A stretch of 32,000 bases of DNA, taken from Thermococcus kodakarensis KOD1. Lineage in GTDB: Archaea > Methanobacteriota_B > Thermococci > Thermococcales > Thermococcaceae. The DNA lies in NCBI RefSeq assembly GCF_000009965.1, contig NC_006624.1:1350001-1382000 (forward strand), in the 5' to 3' direction. A program made the translations under genes and the position numbers. Position 1 is the first letter of the stretch. Each line of letters starts with the position of its first letter. Below, piece after piece: positions 22,262-31,224 of the stretch. The notes below the pieces were generated by a model. That model saw nothing but the letters and a program-made list of their open reading frames with translations, did not search any database and was not told the DNA's origin.

Positions 22262-23692
22262 GTGTTGGGGCGGAAGAGGGTTCTAGTGATGCTCTTGATA
22301 ACGATCATTGGCGTAAGCATCGTCTCACTAGTAGTTGCGATAACCTGGAGACTTAGCGAGGAGGAACCCCTCCGAATCTTTGGTTATGATGTTTACAAGT
22401 TTGAAGGCTCGGGCCACTACGCCATCTTCTACCCAATGCCAGACGGGACAATAAAACTCCTAAAAACCGGAAAAATCGGAATCTTCCCAACTTTTGTCAA
22501 GGTTCCCAGAAACGCGTGGCTAAAAGAGTACGCTAACAGAGAAAACACGCTAAAAGCCATGCCAACCCCGATAGTGATATTCGTGAACGATAAAGGATTG
22601 GGAATAGCAAGCCTCAAAGGAAGCAAAGTAAAACTCAAAGAACTAGAAATCCCGGAGATCTCAAAAATTACCACTGCATCAGCCCACTCCTGTCCCAAGG
22701 ATTACATCCCCGAAGGATACCGCTACTGCATCCCAAAAAACCCCGAAAGAAACTGGATTAGAGTGATCACCTCAAAAACTGTAACAGAAAAAATATCCTT
22801 CCTCGGACTCAGAATAGACAACCACGTCCTAAAAGACATAGACTTCGATATGAGGCTATTCCTAAGCGAAGCCACGTACTCGCACTGGACCGCTGGCATC
22901 GACGTCGGACCAGTAACACTCACCACGACAAAATTCGGGGAGAGCTTCAAAGGAAAGGGCCTGAAGCTGGAGTACACCACCCCCCGCGAAGTCAATCCTC
23001 AAAGCTCTATGTGGTCTCGTTATGTGAATCTGGACGTCAAGTATGTGGTTACCGTATATGGTGTTCTCGCCTATGACCGTTATACTGGTAAATATACTGA
23101 AATGCCATTAATCCTCACTTACCCACTCGAAATACTCACCACGGGCAGCTACAAAATCTACGAAACCCCGGACGGCAGTCAAAAGTATGTTGAGTCCAAG
23201 CCGGGATCAACGTTCTACACTCCAAGCATAACCAGAGAACCGCACTATCTAGAGATTCCTGGCTCTGCAGATTCAGAGAGGATATTGATAAATCAAGGGG
23301 ACGGTAGGGGGCTCATAATTGACGAGTGGCTCAACGAAAGCTGGCACCTTTCGAGTGAGTCTAGCTTTTCAATACCGATAGGGCCGGCCGCGGTTAAGGC
23401 CCTGGAAAAAGAGGGAGTACTGAAGAAATACCCGCAAGTCCGCAGAATCCTAAACAGCATATCACTAACCATCGGATTCCACAAAACAGCAAACCAAAGG
23501 TCAATGCTGATTTACCGCCTGCAGGCGACTCCGCGGGAGGACTGCTATGCCTTAAGGTACTATCAAAAACTGGACGTTGCCGAGGACTACAATAAGGTGA
23601 AAGTGCCAATGTTCCTGGTTACAGTGACGAATGGAAAATCACCCGGGTTCTGCGACCCGAGAACAGGCCTCTGCACAACCAGCACTGGATAA
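22262..23692 (+). CDS. Orphan N-terminally membrane-anchored/secreted protein (476 aa)
   Basis: GTG 22262 lies 7 nt after AAGGTGG. N-terminal TM VLVMLLITIIGVSIVSLVVAI. The remainder is beta-rich and soluble with two Cys pairs (CPKDYIPEGYRYC; CDPRTGLC). No motif recognised. A/T-rich codons. Confidence 0.7.
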   Translation: MLGRKRVLVMLLITIIGVSIVSLVVAITWRLSEEEPLRIFGYDVYKFEGSGHYAIFYPMPDGTIKLLKTGKIGIFPTFVKVPRNAWLKEYANRENTLKAMPTPIVIFVNDKGLGIASLKGSKVKLKELEIPEISKITTASAHSCPKDYIPEGYRYCIPKNPERNWIRVITSKTVTEKISFLGLRIDNHVLKDIDFDMRLFLSEATYSHWTAGIDVGPVTLTTTKFGESFKGKGLKLEYTTPREVNPQSSMWSRYVNLDVKYVVTVYGVLAYDRYTGKYTEMPLILTYPLEILTTGSYKIYETPDGSQKYVESKPGSTFYTPSITREPHYLEIPGSADSERILINQGDGRGLIIDEWLNESWHLSSESSFSIPIGPAAVKALEKEGVLKKYPQVRRILNSISLTIGFHKTANQRSMLIYRLQATPREDCYALRYYQKLDVAEDYNKVKVPMFLVTVTNGKSPGFCDPRTGLCTTSTG

Positions 23693-23850
23693 TCAAGAAG
23701 CAGGCCAATGTGGCATTGTTTTCTGTTTTTATCCTTCTATACCTCGCCTGTTCTTTCTTCCTATGCACCTCAAGTTTCAGCCAGCCGGAACGGAAACCTT
23801 AATTAACTCCCCCTCTTTTTTAGGTTCAGCTAAATGAACGGGTGATGCTT

Positions 23851-26604
23851 ATGAGCATGGACATGACAACTCGAATGTTCAAGGAAGAGGGATGGATAAG
23901 GAAGAAGTGCCCCAAGTGCGGTAAGTACTTCTGGACGCTCGACCCGGACAGGGAGACCTGCGGAGACCCGCCGTGTGACGAGTACCAGTTCATAGGAAAG
24001 CCCGGAATCCCGAAGAAGTACACACTCGACGAGATGCGCGAGAAGTTCCTGAGCTTCTTCGAAAAGCACGAGAGCTATCCCCACGGCAGGGTCAAGCGCT
24101 ACCCCGTCCTTCCGCGCTGGAGGGACGATGTGCTCCTCGTCGGGGCTTCAATCATGGACTTCCAGCCCTGGGTCATAAGCGGCGAAGCTGATCCCCCCGC
24201 AAACCCGCTCACAATAAGCCAGCCCTCGATTCGCTTTACTGACATTGACAACGTCGGAATAACCGGAAGGCACTTCACGATATTCGAGATGATGGCCCAC
24301 CACGCCTTCAACTACCCCGGCAAGCCGATATACTGGATGGACGAGACTGTCGAGCTAGCCTTCGAATTCTTCACCAAGGAGTTGAAGATGAAGCCAGAGG
24401 ACATAACTTTCAAGGAGAACCCCTGGGCGGGTGGCGGAAACGCCGGGCCGGCATTCGAGGTTCTCTACCGCGGCCTTGAGGTGGCTACGCTCGTCTTCAT
24501 GCAGTACAAGAAGGCCCCGGCCGATGCTGACCCGAGCCAGGTCGTTGAGATAAAGGGAGACTACTACGTCCCGATGGAGACGCGCGTAGTTGACACAGGC
24601 TATGGCCTTGAGAGGCTCGTCTGGATGAGCCACGGAACCCCAACGGCCTACGACGCGGTTCTCGGCTACGTCATTGAGCCGCTCAAGAAGATGGCTGGAG
24701 TTGAGAAGATAGACGAGCGCATCCTGATGGAGAACTCCAGGTTGGCTGGGATGTTCGACATCGAGGACATGGGCGACCTGCGCTATCTGAGAGAGCAGGT
24801 TGCCAAGCGCGTCGGCATAAGCGTCGAGGAGCTTGAGAAGGCCGTTAGACCCTACGAGCTGATCTATGCGATAGCCGACCACACAAAAGCCCTAACCTTT
24901 ATGCTCGCCGACGGAGTTATCCCGTCCAACGTGAAAGCGGGTTACCTGGCGCGCCTGCTGATAAGGAAGAGCATAAGGCACCTCCGCGAGCTCGGCCTTG
25001 AGATTCCGCTCGCTGAGATAGTCGCCATGCACATCAAGGAGCTCTCTCCGACTTTCCCCGAGTTCAAGGAGATGGAGGATGTAATCCTCGATATAATCAA
25101 CGTCGAGGAGAAGCGCTACGCCGAGACTCTCAGGCGCGGAAGCGACCTCGTGAAGAGGGAGATAGCCAAGCTCAAGAAGAAGGGCATCAACGAGCTCCCG
25201 CTGGAGAAGCTCATACTGTTCTACGAGAGCCACGGATTAACGCCGGAGATAGTTGCGGAGGTCGCGGAGAAGGAGGGCATAAAGGTTAACATCCCGGACA
25301 ATTTCTACACCCTGGTGGCGAAGGAAGCCGAAAAGCAGGCCGAGAAGAAAGAGGCGGCGGAATATGTCGTAGACTTCGAGCTGGTCAAGGACTTACCAGA
25401 CACGAGGACGCTCTACTACGAAGACCCGTTCATGAAGGAATTCGACGCGAGAGTCCTGAAGGTCATAGCCGACTGGGTTGTCCTCGACCAGACTGCCTTC
25501 TACCCGGAGGGCGGCGGTCAGCCCTACGACACAGGCGTTTTGGAAGTGAACGGTGAGAAAGTTAAGGTCACGAACGTCCAGAAGGTCGGAAAGGTCATTC
25601 TCCATAAGGTTGAGAAGCCGGAGCTCTTCAAGGAAGGTGTCACCGTCCACGGGAGGCTCGACTGGGACAGGAGAATACAGCATATGCGCCACCACACTGG
25701 AACCCACGTCCTTATGGGAGCGCTCGTTCGCGTATTAGGAAAGCACGTCTGGCAGGCTGGCTCACAGCTCCACACCGATTGGGCCAGGCTCGATATCTCC
25801 CACTACAAGCGCATCACCGAAGAGGAGCTGAGAGAGATTGAGAGGCTCGCCAACAGGGTCGTCATGGAGAACAGGAAGGTCACCTGGGAGTGGCTCCCGA
25901 GGACCGAGGCGGAGATGAAGTACGGTTTCAGACTCTACCAGGGCGGTGTCGTCCCGGGAAGGGTCATCAGGGTTCTCAAGATAGAGGACTGGGACGTCCA
26001 GGCCTGTGGTGGAACCCACCTGCCGAACACCGGCCTAATAGGTCCGATCAAGATACTCAGAACCGAGAGGATACAGGACGGTGTGGAGCGCATCATATTC
26101 GCGGCTGGAGAAGCCGCTATCAACTGGATGCAGGAAACCGAGAGGCTCCTCAAGAGGACGGCAGAGATATTCCGCGTCCCGCCCGAGAAGGTGCCAGAAA
26201 CTGCCGAGAGGTTCTTTAACGAGTGGAAGGAGGCCAGGAAGGAAGTCGAGAAGCTCAGGAAAGAGCTTGCAAAGCTCCTCGTCTACGAACTCCAGGAGAA
26301 GGTCGAGAAAGTGGGTAACGTAGAGTTCATCGGAGCTGTAGTTGAAGGAACAATAGACGACCTCAGGGAGGCTGCCAACAGGCTCAGGAAGGAGAACCGC
26401 GTCGTCGTGCTGATAAGCAGGGAAGGTCACTTCGTGGTTGCTGTCGGAGACGGCCTCGACCTCAAGGCCGGAGAGCTGGCGAAGGTGATAACGAGCGTCG
26501 CCGGCGGTGGTGGAGGCGGAAGGAAGGAGCTCGCTCAGGGCAGGATAAAGAACCCGCTCAAGGCCGAGGAAGCGATTGAAGAGGTCAAGAAGATGCTTGG
26601 ATGA
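23851..26604 (+). CDS. alaS: Alanine--tRNA ligase
   Basis: ATG 23851 lies 4 nt after GGTGAT (track start is GTG 23842). Archaeal N-terminal zinc knuckle [13 protein letters not shown]...CGDPPC. Editing-domain HTGTHVL and CGGTH. C-terminal [13 protein letters not shown]. Confidence 0.95.
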   Translation: MSMDMTTRMFKEEGWIRKKCPKCGKYFWTLDPDRETCGDPPCDEYQFIGKPGIPKKYTLDEMREKFLSFFEKHESYPHGRVKRYPVLPRWRDDVLLVGASIMDFQPWVISGEADPPANPLTISQPSIRFTDIDNVGITGRHFTIFEMMAHHAFNYPGKPIYWMDETVELAFEFFTKELKMKPEDITFKENPWAGGGNAGPAFEVLYRGLEVATLVFMQYKKAPADADPSQVVEIKGDYYVPMETRVVDTGYGLERLVWMSHGTPTAYDAVLGYVIEPLKKMAGVEKIDERILMENSRLAGMFDIEDMGDLRYLREQVAKRVGISVEELEKAVRPYELIYAIADHTKALTFMLADGVIPSNVKAGYLARLLIRKSIRHLRELGLEIPLAEIVAMHIKELSPTFPEFKEMEDVILDIINVEEKRYAETLRRGSDLVKREIAKLKKKGINELPLEKLILFYESHGLTPEIVAEVAEKEGIKVNIPDNFYTLVAKEAEKQAEKKEAAEYVVDFELVKDLPDTRTLYYEDPFMKEFDARVLKVIADWVVLDQTAFYPEGGGQPYDTGVLEVNGEKVKVTNVQKVGKVILHKVEKPELFKEGVTVHGRLDWDRRIQHMRHHTGTHVLMGALVRVLGKHVWQAGSQLHTDWARLDISHYKRITEEELREIERLANRVVMENRKVTWEWLPRTEAEMKYGFRLYQGGVVPGRVIRVLKIEDWDVQACGGTHLPNTGLIGPIKILRTERIQDGVERIIFAAGEAAINWMQETERLLKRTAEIFRVPPEKVPETAERFFNEWKEARKEVEKLRKELAKLLVYELQEKVEKVGNVEFIGAVVEGTIDDLREAANRLRKENRVVVLISREGHFVVAVGDGLDLKAGELAKVITSVAGGGGGGRKELAQGRIKNPLKAEEAIEEVKKMLG

Positions 26605-26875
26605 CTTTTATTTTTCTATGCCCCAAAATTTCTCCATTCTTGCCTTTTTCTTTTGAGAGCTTGTCCTTAAGGGCGGGAAGTCAACCCCCTACAGCCTACC
26701 CAAAGTTTCTGTATGCCTGTGTGATTTACATTCCAAATTTAATGATTCATGAATACAACTGAGTGAATTGTCATACCTTAACGTATAGTTTAACACCACA
26801 AGTTGCAAAAAGCATTATAAAAACAATAAAGTACAATAGAGTGCATATTGGTACGTTGAAATGGGAGGGTGCACA

Positions 26876-28342
26876 ATGGAAGCCCAGACTCAAATGTTGA
26901 TTGTTCTGGTTGGGTATCTTTTGTTTTTGATAAGCGTCGGTATCTACCAGGGCAGGAAGACCAAGAGCAGTAAAGACTTCGCCATAGCCGGCCGACAGTT
27001 GCCCGGATGGGTCGCCGCACTGTCAGAGCGCGCCACTGGAGAATCTGCATGGGCTCTTCTTGGACTACCAGGGTTTGCGTTCGCGGCGGGCCTGGCGGCA
27101 ATCTGGCCAGCTATAGGCTGTGTCCTCGGAATCGTCGTCGCTTGGGTAATCTTCGCTCCCAGACTGAGAAGGGAGGCCGAAAAATACGACGCATCGACTT
27201 TCGTGGACTACATAGCGAAGAGACATCCCGACGCTGAAAAGTGGATAAGGATTCTCGGCAGTCTGACGATAGCGTTCTTCTTTTTCTTCTACGTCGGTGC
27301 ACAGTTCATAGGCGGCGGAAAGACCCTAAATGCCCTCTTCGACATTGACCCCAAGATTGGAATGATCATCACAGCGATGATAATACTCCCGTACACGGTA
27401 GCGGGAGGCCTGAAGAGCGTTGCGTACACGGACACAATCCAGGCAATCGTCATGATAGTCACGCTCATCATCGCCCCAATAGTTGGAATCCACTACATCT
27501 CCACGCACCATGATGTCTTTGCTCACTCGGTTACTGAGGCGCTCAAAGCTTCCGGACCAGAATACTCAACGATACTCGGGGGACTCGCCGGGAGTGCGGC
27601 AATCATATTCGTGATAGCCGAGTTCTCCTGGTTCTTTGGATACCTCGGCGGAATGCCACAGCTCAGCATAAGATTCATGGCAATAAAGGATGAGGAAAAC
27701 GCCAAGCTGGCCAGAAACGTCGGCGTTGCATGGACGATAATAGCCTACATAGGTGCCCTTCTAATCGGCTGGATCGGCATAGCGATCTTTGGGCCGAGCG
27801 GACTCGCGGATCAGGAGCAGGTTATGCCGGAGGTAATGCTCAAGCTCTTCCCGCCTGCCTTGGCGGCGGTCTTCATAACAGGCGCTGTAGCGGCCATGCT
27901 CTCCACTGCGGACTCTCTCCTCATCCTCGCGTCAACGGAGCTCTCCGAGAATTTCCTCAGGCCATTTGTGCTCGCCAAAGACATGGATCCACGCAGGGGC
28001 CTGACGATCTCCAGAATCACAACCATCGCACTCGGAATAATAGCCCTCATAATGGCCTTCATTGTTCCGTCGGACCTAATCTACACAATAGTCGGCTACA
28101 CCTGGGCAGGAATCGGGGACACGTTCTCGGTCATAGTGATCCTGACTCTCTTCTGGAAGAAGTTCCACGGAAAGGCGGTCCCACCGACGATAATCGCAGG
28201 ACTGCTCTTCACGGTATTCTGGGTCAGCTCGGGTCTCGATGCAAAGGTCTCAGCGAGGCTGATGACGTTCATAGTGACTGCCATCGTGGCCGTTGTTGCA
28301 ACGTACGCCATAAAGCCTGAGAACACCCGGACAGGGGCATGA
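26876..28342 (+). CDS. Sodium:solute symporter family transporter (PutP/PanF-like)
   Basis: The second ATG (26876) follows GGGAGGGTG. GRQLPGWVAALSERATGESAWALLGLPG is the SSF signature region. ~13 TM helices. Confidence 0.88.
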   Translation: MEAQTQMLIVLVGYLLFLISVGIYQGRKTKSSKDFAIAGRQLPGWVAALSERATGESAWALLGLPGFAFAAGLAAIWPAIGCVLGIVVAWVIFAPRLRREAEKYDASTFVDYIAKRHPDAEKWIRILGSLTIAFFFFFYVGAQFIGGGKTLNALFDIDPKIGMIITAMIILPYTVAGGLKSVAYTDTIQAIVMIVTLIIAPIVGIHYISTHHDVFAHSVTEALKASGPEYSTILGGLAGSAAIIFVIAEFSWFFGYLGGMPQLSIRFMAIKDEENAKLARNVGVAWTIIAYIGALLIGWIGIAIFGPSGLADQEQVMPEVMLKLFPPALAAVFITGAVAAMLSTADSLLILASTELSENFLRPFVLAKDMDPRRGLTISRITTIALGIIALIMAFIVPSDLIYTIVGYTWAGIGDTFSVIVILTLFWKKFHGKAVPPTIIAGLLFTVFWVSSGLDAKVSARLMTFIVTAIVAVVATYAIKPENTRTGA

Positions 28343-28409
28343 ATTCCCCAACGTTTCTTTGCTTTTTCAAAAGTCAAAATGGGAAGGTCTGTACCCCCAA
28401 ATTCTGAAC

Positions 28410-29474
28410 TCAGTATGCCCTCCTGTAAATCTCCTCAAGATCCTCAACGCTCAGATTCCCCGGCGTGACGTCTATAACACCCTTCATCATCCTGTAGGCC
28501 GTTTCCGCCATCTTCGGAATGTCCTCCTCCTTCACGCCGAGCTCCCTGAGCTTCTTGTTGACTCCAAAGAGACTCTGGAAGTCGCGGAGCTTCTTGACCG
28601 CGAGCTCTGCAGCCTTTCTGTCGTTGCTCTCGTAGACCCCGAAAACCTCCCTGCCAACGATTGCAAGGCGCTCGTAGGCGTGATCGAGGATGTACTCGAA
28701 CAGGTATGGCCCCAGGATGCACAGTCCCAACCCGTGGGGCACTTCGGGGTAGAACCCGCTGAGCCCGTGTTCGAGAGCGTGGTTCGCTATAACTCCCGTT
28801 AGGGTCTCGGTTATCCCCGCCTCGGTGCTCGCCCAGGCGAGCTGGGTTCTTGCTTCCAGGTCTTGGAGGTTTTCGTAGGCTATCGGGAGGTAGGTAACAA
28901 CTCGTCTCATCGAGTCGAGGGCCAGGACGTCGGAGTATGGCTGGGCCCTGACGTTGAGGAAAGCTTCGATGGAGTGGTAGAAAGCGTCCATCGATGTGTA
29001 GACGGTCTGGTTCTGTGGCAGGGTTACCATGACCTCAGGGTCGACTATTGAAAACTTCGGAAAGAGGACATCGTACCCTATCCCCTGCTTCTCCTTCGTT
29101 TCAGGGTTGGTTATGACCGCGTAGGGGTCTGCCTCTGTGCCAGTCCCGTGGGTTGTGGGGATCGCCACTATCGGCAGCGCCCCGCTCGGCTTTTTTCCTC
29201 CGCCGACGGCCGGAACGTAGTCCCAGTACTTGCCCCCGCTCTTGGCGGTCATGGCTATTGCCTTGGCGCTGTCTATCGCGCTTCCGCCGCCGAGCCCCAC
29301 GACGAAGTCCACATTCTCCCTCCTCGCGAGCTCAGCGGCTTCATCCACGTGGGTTGAAATCGGATTCGGAATGACTCTGTCGAAGACGATGCTCTCAACG
29401 CCCGCCTTCTTGAGAAGCTCCTGAACCCTGTAGAGGAGGCCAGTTTTCTTAGTGCTGCTCCTCCCCGTGACCAT
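28410..29474 (-). CDS. Iron-containing (group III) alcohol dehydrogenase, apparently lacking its original 5' end
   Basis: GLGGGSAIDSAKAIA (GGGSxxDxxK) and metal-binding histidines ALEHGLSGFYPEVPHGLG. Homology-like sequence (NFGRKRLPELLERHGLSGKAL-MVTG) continues in frame upstream of the first start codon, with no ATG/GTG/TTG available there. Confidence 0.85.
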   Translation of the reverse strand: MVTGRSSTKKTGLLYRVQELLKKAGVESIVFDRVIPNPISTHVDEAAELARRENVDFVVGLGGGSAIDSAKAIAMTAKSGGKYWDYVPAVGGGKKPSGALPIVAIPTTHGTGTEADPYAVITNPETKEKQGIGYDVLFPKFSIVDPEVMVTLPQNQTVYTSMDAFYHSIEAFLNVRAQPYSDVLALDSMRRVVTYLPIAYENLQDLEARTQLAWASTEAGITETLTGVIANHALEHGLSGFYPEVPHGLGLCILGPYLFEYILDHAYERLAIVGREVFGVYESNDRKAAELAVKKLRDFQSLFGVNKKLRELGVKEEDIPKMAETAYRMMKGVIDVTPGNLSVEDLEEIYRRAY

Positions 29475-29588
29475 CAGGGCCTTTCCTGAAAGCCCGTGCC
29501 TTTCTAAAAGCTCGGGGAGCCTCTTTCTCCCAAAATTTTTGTTCGAGCTATCGCAAAGATTTTGAAGGAAGGGTAGAAAAAAGGAGGG

Positions 29589-29954
29589 GTGCCAAAAATT
29601 AAGGTCAAAACTCTGACCCGCCAGATTGTAGAGCTTTCAGAAAAGCTTGGTCTTCAGGCCGTTCCCGAATACAGAACTCCAGACGGCACGAGAATAGACG
29701 TTGCAATTCTCAACGGAGATGAGAAAATTCTCGCCATCGAGCTTGAAGCTTCCTTCAAGTGGTTTCCCCAAAGACTCCTCTACGACGTCGTTAAGGCACA
29801 GAGGGCGGGTTTCCCAGAGCTGTGGGTGGTAACTTCAATGCCCCAAAAGCCCGGCTGGATTGAGGGGTACGCAGAAGAGATTGGGATAAAACTCAAATTA
29901 ATAAAGGAGAAAGAAGTCCTTCAGCTCTTCTCTTCCTTGCGGTACTTAATGTAG
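29589..29954 (+). CDS. Small PD-(D/E)xK-like (DUF234-core/Hjc-like topology) protein, 121 aa
   Basis: GTG start with GGAGG only 1 nt upstream (poor spacing). GTRIDVAILNGDEKILAIELEASFKW aligns by eye with the C-terminal modules of both edge ATPases (EIDLVALNEREKKALFVEVKWK; EIDVVALDETGKRAIFGECKWR). Confidence 0.55.
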   Translation: MPKIKVKTLTRQIVELSEKLGLQAVPEYRTPDGTRIDVAILNGDEKILAIELEASFKWFPQRLLYDVVKAQRAGFPELWVVTSMPQKPGWIEGYAEEIGIKLKLIKEKEVLQLFSSLRYLM

Positions 29955-30385
29955 ATGACATCTTCACTGTGCCAGAATGGGAGTTTATCGCCAGTTATTT
30001 TGATTTCTGGAGTTGCCCCTTCGTAGATCACTTTCTTGGTGAGATCCTCCGGAAGCTGAAAATGAACGTAAACTTCCTGAGGAGCGTCTCCCTTGTGAAC
30101 CTTAACCTTGAACGTTGTCTCTCCCTTAAACTGCTCGGAACCATAGCGGACGAGGTAAGTGGTGCCCTCCGGGAACTCAATCTTAAGCTCGAAGTTGTCC
30201 ACGTGCGGGCTAACCTTCATTGTGAACAGCCCAAAGCCGTCCTGGGTAACAAATGTAACGCTCTGGTTATCCACGTAAAAGACCTCCGTGTACTCTATAC
30301 TGGCCGGTGGAAGCTGGGCGGTTTCAAAGGCATAAACCACCAGCGCTATTGTGATGACTGCCATGATGACGAGAGCTTTGTTCAT
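29921..30385 (-). CDS. Secreted/membrane-anchored beta-rich protein (154 aa), function unknown
   Basis: ATG is preceded by GGAGGG. N-terminal hydrophobic anchor ALVIMAVITIALVVYAF. The 3' end overlaps the convergent 121-aa gene by 34 nt. Confidence 0.65.
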   Translation of the reverse strand: MNKALVIMAVITIALVVYAFETAQLPPASIEYTEVFYVDNQSVTFVTQDGFGLFTMKVSPHVDNFELKIEFPEGTTYLVRYGSEQFKGETTFKVKVHKGDAPQEVYVHFQLPEDLTKKVIYEGATPEIKITGDKLPFWHSEDVIYIKYRKEEKS

Positions 30386-30471
30386 AGTGGTCCCTCCAAA
30401 TAGGTTACGCCCATTCCGTTATTAACCCTTTTGTGTAGGTTGTTACGCGCCATGATGAAGAAAATCAAAAA

Positions 30472-31224
30472 TCAAAGGCCGGTCGGCTCGTCGATGAAAA
30501 ATACATCCAGCCCGAACTTCTTCCCGAGGACTGGCATCAGGGCCTTAACGCCAAGGGTCTCCGTTTTGTAGTGGCCGGCAACGAGAACGCTCTGCGGCAG
30601 GTCAACGGCCGTTAGGTAGTCCGCGTGCCCAAACTCCCCTGTTATGAGCAGGTCGATTCCCTTTCTCCAGGCCTCTTCAAGGGCAAACGCCCCCGCCCCG
30701 CTGATTGCTCCAACGGTCTTTATCTCCCTCTTCCCGAACTCGTAGGCCCTAACCGTCGTGTCGAGCTTCTCCGCGACTATCTGCGCGATCTTCTCTATGG
30801 GCTGAGGCTCCTCAAACTCGCCCCAGAAGCCTATGGTCAGCCCCCTATACTCGCCAAAGGGCCCCTTCGGCTCCAGGCCAAGGAGTCTGAGCAGTTCCAC
30901 GTTGTTCCCCACCTCTGGGTGGGCATCGAGGGGAAGATGGGCAACGTAGAGGTTCAGACCGTTCTCTATGAGAGCTTTCAGACGCCTGTAGTGCACCCCC
31001 GTTACGTACTCTAACCCGCCCCAGATCATGCCGTGGTGGACTACCATCATGTCAGCCCCGGCTTTAGCGGCGCGTTCTATGGTTCTGAGTGTAGTGTCAA
31101 CGGTGAACGCTACCCTCTCAACTTCTTCATTCCCCTCAACCTGAAGGCCGTTGCTCGACTTGTCTGGGTAGGCAGATATGTTTAGGTACTCGTCGAGGAA
31201 AGAGACGAGTTCATCGCGGTTCAT
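30472..31224 (-). CDS. NIF3-family dinuclear-metal-centre protein (YbgI/GTP cyclohydrolase 1 type 2 homolog)
   Basis: 250 aa. SNGLQVEG, VVHHGMIWGG, YVAHLPLDAH, VAGHYKTE blocks. The ATG overlaps the upstream stop (ATGA), and GGAGGG SD is present. Confidence 0.88.
   Translation of the reverse strand: MNRDELVSFLDEYLNISAYPDKSSNGLQVEGNEEVERVAFTVDTTLRTIERAAKAGADMMVVHHGMIWGGLEYVTGVHYRRLKALIENGLNLYVAHLPLDAHPEVGNNVELLRLLGLEPKGPFGEYRGLTIGFWGEFEEPQPIEKIAQIVAEKLDTTVRAYEFGKREIKTVGAISGAGAFALEEAWRKGIDLLITGEFGHADYLTAVDLPQSVLVAGHYKTETLGVKALMPVLGKKFGLDVFFIDEPTGL

Noticed and set aside
26655-26695. Possible H/ACA sRNA ending in ACA (GGGCGGGAAGTCAACCCCCTACA)
   Set aside because: I could build only a 3-bp stem. 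There is no pseudouridylation pocket or K-turn and no second supporting feature.
27730-28320. 196-aa alternative-frame ORF inside the symporter gene
   Set aside because: It is the same strand but off-frame relative to a clear SSF transporter. It is Arg/Gly/His-rich without hydrophobic segments.
30452-30520. ATGATGA (30452-30458) near the NIF3 gene stop as a possible C box
   Set aside because: The position 12 nt downstream is ATCA rather than CTGA. A TCGATGA follows, but there is no terminal CTGA at the correct spacing.
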